A DNA stretch of 64,000 nucleotides from Acutalibacteraceae bacterium. GTDB lineage: Bacteria > Bacillota > Clostridia > Oscillospirales > Acutalibacteraceae. Below the pieces are notes generated by a model that saw nothing but the letters and a program-made list of their open reading frames with translations, was not told the origin of the DNA and searched no databases. The stretch is from positions 185,853 to 249,852 of the forward strand of contig JBJEQJ010000020.1 of assembly GCA_051881695.1 (NCBI GenBank), in the 5' to 3' direction. A program made the position numbers and the translations under genes. Positions 44,996 through 54,298 of the stretch are shown here, piece by piece. Every line of letters starts with the position of its first letter. Within the stretch, counting starts at the first letter, position 1.

Positions 44996-46120
44996 ATGAT
45001 GAAAAAAATTCTCTTTTTTATTCCTACTCTTGGACAAGGCGGCGCTGAAAAGGTGCTTGTAAATCTTGTGAATAATTTGGATAAAAATAAATATGATGTA
45101 ACTGTTCAGGTCTTGTTCGACGGAGGAGTTAACAGGCAATTTTTACATCCCTACGTAAAATACAAGGCGGTTTTTAAAAGGCCTTTTAAGGCTAACTGTA
45201 AAATATTGTCATTGTTTTCACCGCAATACTTACATAAAAAATTCATACGGGAAAAATATGACATTGAGGTTGCATATCTTGAGGGTATTGCTGCCAGAAT
45301 TATAAGCGGATGCCCGAATGCAGATACAAAATTGATTTCATGGATTCATGTTGAGCAGCATACGAAGGAATGTGCGTCATATGCATTTAAATCCTACGAG
45401 GAAGCACAAAAATGTTATGACAGATATGACAGAACAATTTGTGTTTCCAATTACGTATTGAATGATTTTTCAAACATATTTCAAACTAAAAACCTGCAGG
45501 TGCTTTATAATACGGTTGATACGGATGAAATACTTAAAAAGTCAAGAGAACCTGCCGATAAAATTATGAAGCAGGACGGATGGACAAATATTATTGCTGT
45601 TGGCTCTCTTAAGAAAAGCAAAGGATTTGATAAGCTCATTAGGATACATAAAAAATTGCTTGAGCAAGGGATAAAACAGAGAGTTTATATACTTGGAAGA
45701 GGTCCGGAAAAAGAAAGACTGGAAAAAGACATAAAGGATAATAAGCTTGAGGATACATTTATGCTTCTCGGATATGATACAAATCCGTATAAATATGTGT
45801 CTGACTGTGATTTGTTTGTATGCTCTTCTGAGGCTGAGGGTTTTAGTACTGCTGTTACAGAGAGTTTGGTTGTGGGAACTCCGGTGGTAACAACCCTTTG
45901 TTCCGGAATGGAGGAGCTTCTTGGGGAAAATAACGAATACGGTATTATTACAGAGAATAACGAGGCTGCACTTTATGAGGGCATTAAAAGAATTTTAACG
46001 GATAGTAATCTTTTAAATATGTATGCTCAAAGGGCAAAGGAACGAGGAAATGTTTTCAGTAAAGAGAAAACGGTTAAAGCTGTTGAGGAAATGTTTGATA
46101 GTATATTAGAAGAGGAGTAA
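44996..46120 (+). CDS. Glycosyltransferase family 4
   Basis: MMKKILFFIPTLGQGGAEKVLVNL N-terminus and the C-terminal SEAEGFSTAVTESLVVGTPVV. Start at ATG 44996 with a GGGAG RBS. Confidence 0.85.
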   Translation: MMKKILFFIPTLGQGGAEKVLVNLVNNLDKNKYDVTVQVLFDGGVNRQFLHPYVKYKAVFKRPFKANCKILSLFSPQYLHKKFIREKYDIEVAYLEGIAARIISGCPNADTKLISWIHVEQHTKECASYAFKSYEEAQKCYDRYDRTICVSNYVLNDFSNIFQTKNLQVLYNTVDTDEILKKSREPADKIMKQDGWTNIIAVGSLKKSKGFDKLIRIHKKLLEQGIKQRVYILGRGPEKERLEKDIKDNKLEDTFMLLGYDTNPYKYVSDCDLFVCSSEAEGFSTAVTESLVVGTPVVTTLCSGMEELLGENNEYGIITENNEAALYEGIKRILTDSNLLNMYAQRAKERGNVFSKEKTVKAVEEMFDSILEEE

Positions 46121-46125
46121 AACGT

Positions 46126-46902
46126 ATGAAGGTAGTAATTCTGGCCGGAGGTTTTGGAACCAGAATATCGGAAGAGTCGGCGTTTAAACCAAAACCGATG
46201 ATAGAAATCGGCGGTATGCCTATATTGTGGCATATAATGAAGACTTACTCTTACTATGGGTTTAATGAGTTTATTATTTGTGCCGGTTATAAGCAGCATG
46301 TTATCAAAGAGTGGTGTGCAGATTATTTTTTGCATACATCCGACGTTACCTTTGACTTTACAAACGGAAACAAAATGATTGTGCATAATAAACATGCCGA
46401 GCCATGGAAAGTTACAGTTGTAGATACCGGCTTAAATACTCAGACCGGCGGTCGTGTAAAGCGTGTTAAAGACTATGTAGGTGATGAAACCTTTATGCTT
46501 ACATACGGTGACGCGGTTGGAGATGTAAATATACCGGAGTTGCTGGAGTACCACAAAGCTCATGGTAAAATAGGAACCATATCTATGTATAATTTCGGAC
46601 AGAACAAGGGTGTTGTTGAAGTAGGCAAGGATGGAACAATTGCGGCATTCCGGGAAAAATCTGATTTGGATGGAGATCTGATTAACATAGGTTTTATGGT
46701 GTTTGAGCCTGATTTGTTTGACTATATTGAAGGGGATAACACTATATTTGAAAAAGGTCCTCTGACAGATTTGGTTAAAGAACAACAGTTAGCAGGCTAT
46801 GTTCATAAGGGCTATTGGCAGTGTATGGATACATTAAGAGAAAAGCAGCAGCTGGAAAAGCTTTGGGAAACAAACAAGGCGCCTTGGAAGCTTTGGAAAT
46901 AA
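46126..46902 (+). CDS. rfbF: Glucose-1-phosphate cytidylyltransferase
   Basis: MKVVILAGGFGTRISEES..KPKPMIEIGGMPILWHIMK is the RfbF/DdhA signature. 258 aa. Confidence 0.9.
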   Translation: MKVVILAGGFGTRISEESAFKPKPMIEIGGMPILWHIMKTYSYYGFNEFIICAGYKQHVIKEWCADYFLHTSDVTFDFTNGNKMIVHNKHAEPWKVTVVDTGLNTQTGGRVKRVKDYVGDETFMLTYGDAVGDVNIPELLEYHKAHGKIGTISMYNFGQNKGVVEVGKDGTIAAFREKSDLDGDLINIGFMVFEPDLFDYIEGDNTIFEKGPLTDLVKEQQLAGYVHKGYWQCMDTLREKQQLEKLWETNKAPWKLWK

Positions 46903-46917
46903 ATTGGAGGAGCTCAG

Positions 46918-47973
46918 ATGGAATTTGATTTAAGTTTTTATAAAGGGAAAAGAGTGTTTTTAACAGGCCATACCGGATTTAAGGGCTCATGGATGTGCAA
47001 AATGCTTACTGATTCCGGTGCAATTGTAACAGGTTATTCTTTGAATCCTCCTACTGTTCCGTCTTTGTTTGAAATTGCAGACATACAAAGTGATGTAACT
47101 TCTGTAATTGGAGATATCAGAGATTATGCTTCGTTAAAATCTGCATTTGATATGGCGCAGCCTGAAATTGTATTCCATTTAGCAGCACAGCCTATCGTGC
47201 GCGACAGCTACAAAGACCCTGCATACACTTATGAAACAAATGTAATGGGTACTGTAAACATTCTTGAATGTGTCAGAAACAGCGACTGTGTAAAGTCTTT
47301 TCTTAATGTTACAACCGATAAAGTGTATTTGAATAAAGAGTGGGAATGGGGCTATCGTGAAAATGAAGAATTGGACGGCTATGACCCATATTCAAATTCA
47401 AAATCCTGTTCCGAGCTTGTTACACACAGCTATAAAAACAGTTTTTTCTCAGACGGTAGAGTAGCAATTTCCACAGCCAGAGCGGGAAATGTTATTGGTG
47501 GCGGCGATTTTGCTAATGACAGAATCATACCCGATTGTGTCCGTGCGGCAATGAAGAGCGAAAATATTGTTGTACGAAATCCGTTTTCAACAAGACCGTA
47601 TCAGCATGTATTAGAACCCTTGTATGCTTACTTAATGATTGCAGCAATGCAGTATCAAGATGAAAAATACTCCGGATATTATAATGTTGGTCCCGATGAC
47701 TATGACTGCTTTCAAACAGGTGCGCTTGTTGATTTGTTTGTAAAACACTGGGGCGAAGATTTGAAATGGATAAACAAATACGATGGGGGACCACATGAAG
47801 CAAATTTCCTTAAATTGGATTGCTCAAAATTAAAAGCTAAATTTGGATGGAAGCCGCATTGGAATTTGGACAAGGCGATTGAGAAGGTTGTTGAATGGAG
47901 TAAGTGCTGGATTGGCGGCGGAGATGTCAGAGATTGTATGGATAAACAGATAAAGGAGTTTTTAGAAATATAA
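46918..47973 (+). CDS. rfbG: CDP-glucose 4,6-dehydratase
   Basis: FLTGHTGFKGSW, YDPYSNSKSCSE (YxxxK) and RAGNVIGGGD motifs. 351 aa. Confidence 0.9.
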   Translation: MEFDLSFYKGKRVFLTGHTGFKGSWMCKMLTDSGAIVTGYSLNPPTVPSLFEIADIQSDVTSVIGDIRDYASLKSAFDMAQPEIVFHLAAQPIVRDSYKDPAYTYETNVMGTVNILECVRNSDCVKSFLNVTTDKVYLNKEWEWGYRENEELDGYDPYSNSKSCSELVTHSYKNSFFSDGRVAISTARAGNVIGGGDFANDRIIPDCVRAAMKSENIVVRNPFSTRPYQHVLEPLYAYLMIAAMQYQDEKYSGYYNVGPDDYDCFQTGALVDLFVKHWGEDLKWINKYDGGPHEANFLKLDCSKLKAKFGWKPHWNLDKAIEKVVEWSKCWIGGGDVRDCMDKQIKEFLEI

Positions 47974-47984
47974 AGGAGAACAAA

Positions 47985-48929
47985 ATGAAAAATGTAATTA
48001 TTACAGGCGCCGATGGGTTTGTCGGAAGCTATACGGTTAATTATTTTTTGGAACAGGGAATGACTGTTCTTGCACTTGATATAAGTGAAAAACCGAATCG
48101 ATTGGTTACACACGCTAATTTAACATATATGCAGTGCGATATTTCAAATACAAAAGCAATGTCAGAAAAAATACCAAACGGAGTTTACGATACTTTTATT
48201 CACTTTGCTTGGGCAGGATCCGCAGGACAGGCTCGTGTTGACTATAAGCTTCAGATGAAAAATGCATTGGATACAGTTGAATGTATGAAAACAGCTAAAG
48301 AACTTGGGTGCTCCCGATTTGTTTGTGCAGGAAGCATTATGGAGTATGAGGTTGAAGCGGCAATCCATGCGCAGGGAAGTCAACCGGGAATGGGCTATAT
48401 ATACGGAATGGGAAAGCATATTGCACATTGTATGTGTAAATCGGTTGCGGCAAATATTGGCATTGAATTGGTTTGGCCGATGATTACTAATGCTTACGGA
48501 GCAGGAGAGCTTTCTCCGCGTTTTGTTAATACTACTTTGCGTAAAATTATTAACGGAGAACCCTTACAGTTTACGGCTGCAACTCAGAATTATGATTTTG
48601 TTTATGTTACAGACGTTGCAAAAGCCTTCTATTTAATTGCAAAAAACGGTAAGCCTTTCTGTGAATATATGATTGGCAGCTCAAATGCGCGCCCTCTTAA
48701 AGAGTTTATTCTGGAGATGCAGCAGGCACTTGCACCTGAGGTTATACCATTGTTTGGTGATGTACCCTTCACAGGAACTAATATGCCGCTAAGCACGTTT
48801 GATACCGGTGCTACCGAGCAGGATTGTGGATTTAAAGCAGAGGTTAGTTTTGCTGAGGGAACAGGGATGACGATGGATTGGTTGAAAGCTTTGCAAGAAG
48901 GGGAAAACAGAGATGATACAAAAATTTGA
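47985..48929 (+). CDS. NAD(P)-dependent SDR sugar-nucleotide reductase/epimerase (RfbS/RfbJ-like)
   Basis: ITGADGFVGS Rossmann motif and YGMGK catalytic YxxxK. 314 aa. Confidence 0.75.
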   Translation: MKNVIITGADGFVGSYTVNYFLEQGMTVLALDISEKPNRLVTHANLTYMQCDISNTKAMSEKIPNGVYDTFIHFAWAGSAGQARVDYKLQMKNALDTVECMKTAKELGCSRFVCAGSIMEYEVEAAIHAQGSQPGMGYIYGMGKHIAHCMCKSVAANIGIELVWPMITNAYGAGELSPRFVNTTLRKIINGEPLQFTAATQNYDFVYVTDVAKAFYLIAKNGKPFCEYMIGSSNARPLKEFILEMQQALAPEVIPLFGDVPFTGTNMPLSTFDTGATEQDCGFKAEVSFAEGTGMTMDWLKALQEGENRDDTKI

Positions 48930-49485
48930 CTTTCAGGAGCTTGATTTAAAGGACGCATACCTTATTAAGCCTTTTTATGCAACAGATGAACGCGGAGGTC
49001 TTATTAAGGACTATAATGCAGATACTTTCAGGAGCAATGGGATAAAACACGATTTGAAAGAGGTTTTCTATACTATATCCAAGAAAGGCGTTATTCGTGC
49101 CACTCACTTTCAGCTTGAAAAACAACAGGCAAAGCTGGTCAGATGCATAAGCGGTCATGTATATGATGTTATTGTCGATTTGCGTCCGGATTCGCAAACC
49201 TACGGTCAGTGGAGAGGCTTTCACCTGACAGGGGAAAATACCAGATGTTTGTTGGTGCCTCCTTTTTTCGGCCATGGGTATTTGGTTATTGAAGATTCTG
49301 TAGTCAGCTACAAATGCGCTGAAGTTTTCTACGGTGAAGGTGATTCCGGCATAATGTATAATGATCCGGATATTGATATTAAGTGGCCTTTTGATGAAAT
49401 CGGCGGTATCCAAAATCTTATTATCAGCGAGAAAGATCTCAATTTGATGAGCTTTAAGGATTATACAAAACTATTTGAAAAATAA
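48913..49485 (+). CDS. RmlC-like cupin sugar-nucleotide 3,5- (or 5-/3-) epimerase
   Basis: DERGGLIKDY, VIRATHFQ...QAKLVRCISGHVYDVIVDLR and GHGYLV, following the RmlC pattern. It overlaps the upstream gene by 17 nt. Confidence 0.8.
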   Translation: MIQKFDFQELDLKDAYLIKPFYATDERGGLIKDYNADTFRSNGIKHDLKEVFYTISKKGVIRATHFQLEKQQAKLVRCISGHVYDVIVDLRPDSQTYGQWRGFHLTGENTRCLLVPPFFGHGYLVIEDSVVSYKCAEVFYGEGDSGIMYNDPDIDIKWPFDEIGGIQNLIISEKDLNLMSFKDYTKLFEK

Positions 49486-49491
49486 GAATTA

Positions 49492-49671
49492 TTAAGGAAC
49501 CACTGAATAAATTATGCCAAAAAGCTGTTTGCACATCTTGCTTGCATATTTTCCGCCGGTTTGCCCAAAAAATCCTCGTAATGCGTCAGCATTACTGCGG
49601 TTTGTTTGTACAATCTAACGAAAAATCTGACGGCGCAATATGCACAAACGATTTAATCAGTGTTTCCTTAA
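49492..49671 (+). mobile_element. MITE-like non-autonomous element, copy B (180 bp)
   Basis: A direct repeat of 34857-35032, with about 11 substitutions plus a 4 nt indel by eye. The TIRs match 19/21 (TTAAGGAACCACTGAATAAAT versus the reverse complement TTAAGGAAACACTGATTAAAT). Confidence 0.7.
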
Positions 49672-49690
49672 GCTTGGGGAGATAAATGTA

Positions 49691-50719
49691 ATGAAAATCA
49701 GTATTATCACAACAATATATAAAGCTGAGAAGGATTTGCCCCGCTTATTGGAATCTATGATGGCGCAGAAAAGTCCGGAATTAGAATTTTTTTTAATTGA
49801 CAATGGTTCGCCGGACAATTGCGGTGAAGTTTGCAATGAATATGCGAAGAAGGATAGCCGTTTTACAGTATATACATTAAAAGATAATATCGGATATATT
49901 CGGGCAAGAAATCTTGGAATACAAAAATGCTCCGGTGATTATGTCGGTTTTTGTGATTCGGATGATTATTTGGAGAACGGCGGATATGATAGAGCAATCG
50001 AAAAAATATATGAAACTCAGTGTGATTTGTATTTAACTTCATATCGGACAATATTTACAAAACGTGAAGAGATAAATTTGCTTCCGTATGAATGTGGATT
50101 GTATAAAAACCAACAGGTACAGACGGTTATTCGTCCGCAGGCGTTTGGCAGGCTTCCCGGAAAAGGAGTTTTACATGGATTTGCTTGGAAGCAAATATTT
50201 AGAAAAAGTATTATTCTTGATAATAGATTTGAATTTATGCCTGAGCTGCAGCCGTATGAGGATCAGCTGTTTAACACAGATATCATAGGAAAATGTAACA
50301 GTGTTTATGTGGATGACAATGTTATCTATAATTATATTGTTAATGAGCAGTCCATTACTGCAAAGCTGCTTGCTGATTTTGATTCATCTGCCGAATGGGG
50401 CAGGATAGCTCTTTTATATAAAGAGAAATTAAAAAGAGCAAAGAATCAGGCTGAAATTGAAGCTAATTGCAATGAATCATTAGAAAAGATTTATGAATAT
50501 TTACTTAATTTAGCTAAGCAAAACAAAACTGTACGGCAGATTAAATCAACAGTCTGCAGTGATTTAGATAAAACAATAGTAAGTGAAGTATTAAAAGATT
50601 CTTCAAAAAAGCTGTCCGGAAATTGTACTTTTGTCAGGTCTTGTCTTAGACTTAAGCTTTATTCTATAATGATAGCTTGTTTAAAAAGTGCTTTATATTT
50701 ACGGAAGAAAATCAGATAA
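49691..50719 (+). CDS. Glycosyltransferase family 2
   Basis: MKISIITTIYKAEKDLPRLLESMMAQ...IDNGSPD and CDSDD. Start at ATG 49691. The track ORF extension reads into the MITE. Confidence 0.85.
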   Translation: MKISIITTIYKAEKDLPRLLESMMAQKSPELEFFLIDNGSPDNCGEVCNEYAKKDSRFTVYTLKDNIGYIRARNLGIQKCSGDYVGFCDSDDYLENGGYDRAIEKIYETQCDLYLTSYRTIFTKREEINLLPYECGLYKNQQVQTVIRPQAFGRLPGKGVLHGFAWKQIFRKSIILDNRFEFMPELQPYEDQLFNTDIIGKCNSVYVDDNVIYNYIVNEQSITAKLLADFDSSAEWGRIALLYKEKLKRAKNQAEIEANCNESLEKIYEYLLNLAKQNKTVRQIKSTVCSDLDKTIVSEVLKDSSKKLSGNCTFVRSCLRLKLYSIMIACLKSALYLRKKIR

Positions 50720-50829
50720 AATTAATTGCAGCGTGAGAAGATTAAGCTTTCAGTAATGCTGTATTGTAAAAAAGAGACAAAGAGGGCAAAATTTCAAAGT
50801 GACTTTTTCTATTGTCGGAGGTAAAATGA

Positions 50830-51591
50830 ATGAATTTAAAAAACTATATAATATCTCTTAAACAGTATTTAGATAATAGGTCGACCTGTAATGAGCTTAG
50901 AAAATACAAAAACATACATAAAGGAGAGCGTTGCTTCATTATAGGAACAGGTCCCAGCCTTACAACAGAGGATTTGGAAAAATTGAAGGATGAGGTTACA
51001 TTTGGGTCAAACCGAATATTTGAAATTTTCCCTCAAACAGATTGGCGTCCCACTTATTATATGAACCAGGATTATCAGCTGATTTGTAAGTTTGCAGATG
51101 ATATTAAGAATATTGTCGTAAAACGTAAGTTTATGCCGATTGAGGCTAAGCGTTTTTTTGAAGATTCAAATGATATCTCTTATTTTGTTTTGAGATACAA
51201 AGAATATTATCCGAAGGACGCAGACTTCAGTAAGCATCTTGATAAATATATGGGACAAGGCTTTACAGTTACTTACGGTGCAATTCAAATGGCTTACTAT
51301 ATGGGATTTTCCGAGGTTTACCTGTTAGGTATAGATCATAACTACTCCATCAGTTTAAATGAAAAGGGAGTGCCCGTACTTAACGAGGGAACTCAGGATT
51401 ATTTTAAGGGCTCTAAGGCAAGTAATAAAGGACTGAATCTTCCTCGTGTGGTTGAAAGTACAGTAGCCTATATGACGGCAAGAAAGTTTGCAGACAGCCA
51501 CAGCGACTTTGCTGTTTATAATGCTACCCGCGGAGGTAAGCTGGAAGCTTTTTCCCGAGTTGATTTAGACGAAGTGTTAAAAAAGAGTTGA
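50830..51591 (+). CDS. DUF115 / MptE-like (Maf-type) protein, candidate CMP-sugar-acid transferase
   Basis: CFIIGTGPSL, FGSNRI and GFTVTYGAIQMAYYMGFSEVYLLGIDHNY follow the DUF115 pattern. GGAGG RBS. Confidence 0.6.
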   Translation: MNLKNYIISLKQYLDNRSTCNELRKYKNIHKGERCFIIGTGPSLTTEDLEKLKDEVTFGSNRIFEIFPQTDWRPTYYMNQDYQLICKFADDIKNIVVKRKFMPIEAKRFFEDSNDISYFVLRYKEYYPKDADFSKHLDKYMGQGFTVTYGAIQMAYYMGFSEVYLLGIDHNYSISLNEKGVPVLNEGTQDYFKGSKASNKGLNLPRVVESTVAYMTARKFADSHSDFAVYNATRGGKLEAFSRVDLDEVLKKS

Positions 51592-51697
51592 GTCTGAGAA
51601 GTTCTTTGTGTTTTAATACATAATTTGATCAATACAGTAGGGAGTATAAAATGGAAAGAAAACAAATTTAGTATGATAAGTATTGATAAGGGCTTTA

Positions 51698-51726
51698 TTA
51701 ACGAAAAATCTTGATAAAAGTATAAT
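51698..51726 (+). promoter_or_regulatory. Candidate internal promoter
   Basis: TTAACG, a 17 nt spacer, then TATAAT. It sits in the 216 bp gap before the acyltransferase gene. Confidence 0.35.
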
Positions 51727-51807
51727 GACAAGTTGAGGTTTACAGTTCGATTTTAATCAGTGAATGTAATGCTGTGGACTTTATTTAAAGAGTCATTTGG
51801 AGGAAAA

Positions 51808-52872
51808 ATGTTTATTATTACGTTATTATTTGTGTTTATTCTATTCTACAAATTAAAGTTTGCAGGGATTAATGGGTATTTTGATGACTACCTTTCCTTA
51901 GAAAATACAAAAGCGATTAAAGGAATTATGGCTGTTGTTATTGTACTGCATCATCTATATAGACAATTTGCTGATAATGGAGTTTACGAAATTTGGCTAA
52001 AACCTTTTGATTCTCCTATGGGATGGCTTGTGGTTGGTGTGTTCTTTTTTTTCAGTGGATATGGTCTTATGTTGGGGTATTTAAATAAGAAACTATACCT
52101 AAATAGTTTTTTAAAAAAAAGATTGCCCGCAGTGTTAATTCCGTTGCTTACAGCAACTGTTTTATACTTTCCTTTTCAGTTGATTATTAATAAAGAAAGT
52201 TTGAGTTTTACATATTGGTTAGGTATACTTACAGGAAATAATTTTCTTGTGCGTAACTGTTGGTATGTTTATGCGATTGTTGTATTTTATTTTTTGTTTT
52301 ATATAATATTTAAGTTTATTAAAAATACTAAGCTGGCCATTGTTAGTTTTTTATTTTCAATTTGTGCTTATGAAGTAATATGCTTTGTTGTATATAATAA
52401 TTTTGTTTGGAGTTCGTCATCAATAGCTATTGCTTTAGGCGTTATTTGTGCATATTACTATCAAGCAATGACTGCATTTTTAAAGAAATATTATTATTTG
52501 TTATTGCCGGCTTGTGTTGTTGGGTATGTTGGAGGAATGGCTATAAACCCGATTTTTAATAGATTGTTTCACTTTTATCCACCTGAATTTATTTCTGAAA
52601 ACTTATGTGTAATATTTTTTACATTATTTGTGATAATTGTTTTATTAAAGTTTAGATTTAATAATATGATTATAAAATTTTTGGGAAATATATCATACGA
52701 AATATACTTAATGCACGGGCTTTTTATGCTTGTTTTCACCAACTTTATAAAGGTTAATAATCATATTATTTATGTGGTTTTAGTAATCGCTTTTACTATA
52801 TTGTCATCGTGGCTGTTGAATAAGATTAACACTTCGCTTTTCAAAAAATATAATCAAGTATTAATTAAGTGA
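51808..52872 (+). CDS. Acyltransferase-3 family membrane O-acyltransferase
   Basis: IKGIMAVVIVLHH, FFFFSGYGL and KKRLPAVLIP. Start at ATG 51808 with a GGAGG RBS. Confidence 0.8.
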   Translation: MFIITLLFVFILFYKLKFAGINGYFDDYLSLENTKAIKGIMAVVIVLHHLYRQFADNGVYEIWLKPFDSPMGWLVVGVFFFFSGYGLMLGYLNKKLYLNSFLKKRLPAVLIPLLTATVLYFPFQLIINKESLSFTYWLGILTGNNFLVRNCWYVYAIVVFYFLFYIIFKFIKNTKLAIVSFLFSICAYEVICFVVYNNFVWSSSSIAIALGVICAYYYQAMTAFLKKYYYLLLPACVVGYVGGMAINPIFNRLFHFYPPEFISENLCVIFFTLFVIIVLLKFRFNNMIIKFLGNISYEIYLMHGLFMLVFTNFIKVNNHIIYVVLVIAFTILSSWLLNKINTSLFKKYNQVLIK

Positions 52873-52954
52873 TAAAAGTATAAAAGAATGTGAATACTGT
52901 AAAGCCTGAAATAGCATGACATAAAATTATTATTAATAATTTTCGGAGGAAATT

Positions 52955-54040
52955 ATGGAAAGAATTAATCCCAAGATTTCTATTATTGTTCCTATATATA
53001 ATTCAGAACAGTTTTTATCAAGATGTGTGGATAGTATTTTAAAACAAACCGTAACCGATTTTGAATTACTGTTGATTGATGACGGCTCTCCTGATAAAAG
53101 CGGAATAATATGCGATGAATATGCCTCAAAGGATAATAGAATAAGAGTATTGCATAAGGAAAACGGCGGGGTTTCTACTGCAAGAAATATTGGACTTGAT
53201 AGTGCTTTAGGTGAATACATATGTTTTGTAGACAGCGATGACTTTTTAGAGAAAAATTATTTAGAAGTTTTATTGAAAAATTCATTGGAAAATAATGCAG
53301 AAATGATAGTGTGTTCATATTTTTCGCATAGTGCAAGGGAAATATCCTATTGTAATATGAAGACGAGTATTATAGATCATTGTAATGAAAATTGGAAAAC
53401 AGCGGATTTAATTTCAAGCAGTTTTATGTATTATCCATGGAATAAGCTTTTTTTAAGAAAAATCTTGGAAAAGAACAATATAAGATTTGATGAAACAATT
53501 AAGTTTTCGGAAGATTTGATTTTTAATTGTAATTATATAGTATATTGTCAGACAATCGTTACTTTATCTGAAGAATTATATCATTACAATCAAGAAAATT
53601 TACAAAATGCATCGAGTAAGTATTTCCCATTATATTTTAAATATTTGATTGCTCGTTTTATTAGTCAAGAAGAAGCGATAAATAAACTTAAAATAGAAAA
53701 TTGTATTAAAGACAGTAAAATTTTTACTCTTGCACTTTTTAATTTTAAACGCATTTCTGATTATTATTTGTTTAAAAAGATTGATGTAAAAGATGTTGTT
53801 GAAATTTACAATAAATCATATAAATTTTTTTATCCATACTTTGAACGAATGATTACTACCGGAAATAAGCCTGACAAGGTTAATTATGAGCCTGATTTAC
53901 TGAAATGGTATAATAAATACCTTCCGTATTTGAAAGAATGGGATTCAAAAAGATATTATAAAGCAATATATAAGCATAAAGTATTAAGATATGAATTAGG
54001 TGGAATAAAGAGAATTTTGAGGAGAATGATGAAGCCTTAA
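52955..54040 (+). CDS. Glycosyltransferase family 2
   Basis: ISIIVPIYNSEQFLSRCVDSILKQT...IDDGSPDKS and VDSDD. Confidence 0.88.
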   Translation: MERINPKISIIVPIYNSEQFLSRCVDSILKQTVTDFELLLIDDGSPDKSGIICDEYASKDNRIRVLHKENGGVSTARNIGLDSALGEYICFVDSDDFLEKNYLEVLLKNSLENNAEMIVCSYFSHSAREISYCNMKTSIIDHCNENWKTADLISSSFMYYPWNKLFLRKILEKNNIRFDETIKFSEDLIFNCNYIVYCQTIVTLSEELYHYNQENLQNASSKYFPLYFKYLIARFISQEEAINKLKIENCIKDSKIFTLALFNFKRISDYYLFKKIDVKDVVEIYNKSYKFFYPYFERMITTGNKPDKVNYEPDLLKWYNKYLPYLKEWDSKRYYKAIYKHKVLRYELGGIKRILRRMMKP

Positions 54041-54298
54041 TGCGAATTATGTATGGTTTTTATTTGTGAAATAGTTAGATTGTTTTGATAATATGGCAAG
54101 CTAAAATACGATTGAAAGATATAACAAAAATTACTTAAAAGCTGACTGTGAGTATTATCATGATGATTTTAAGCAATATGCAAAAGTTTTGTTTTTATAT
54201 TTGAATTATTTATGATATGAAATATAAAATCGAATTAAGCTTTACAACATAAAAAGCTTAAACGTAAAATTTTAAAATGATATCAGGAGGAATCAGTT

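Noticed and set aside
34857-49671. Calling the MITE-bracketed block a composite transposon or genomic island in its own right
   Set aside because: No transposase or integrase is present. The AT-rich glycan genes continue well past copy B, and the single Wzx lies outside the block. Only recombination potential is claimed, not autonomous mobility.
49640-49690. N-terminal extension of the GT2 ORF (track start at 49640)
   Set aside because: The extension (MHKRFNQCFLKLGEINV) is read from inside MITE copy B. The ATG at 49691 begins the canonical GT2 N-terminus MKISIITTIY.
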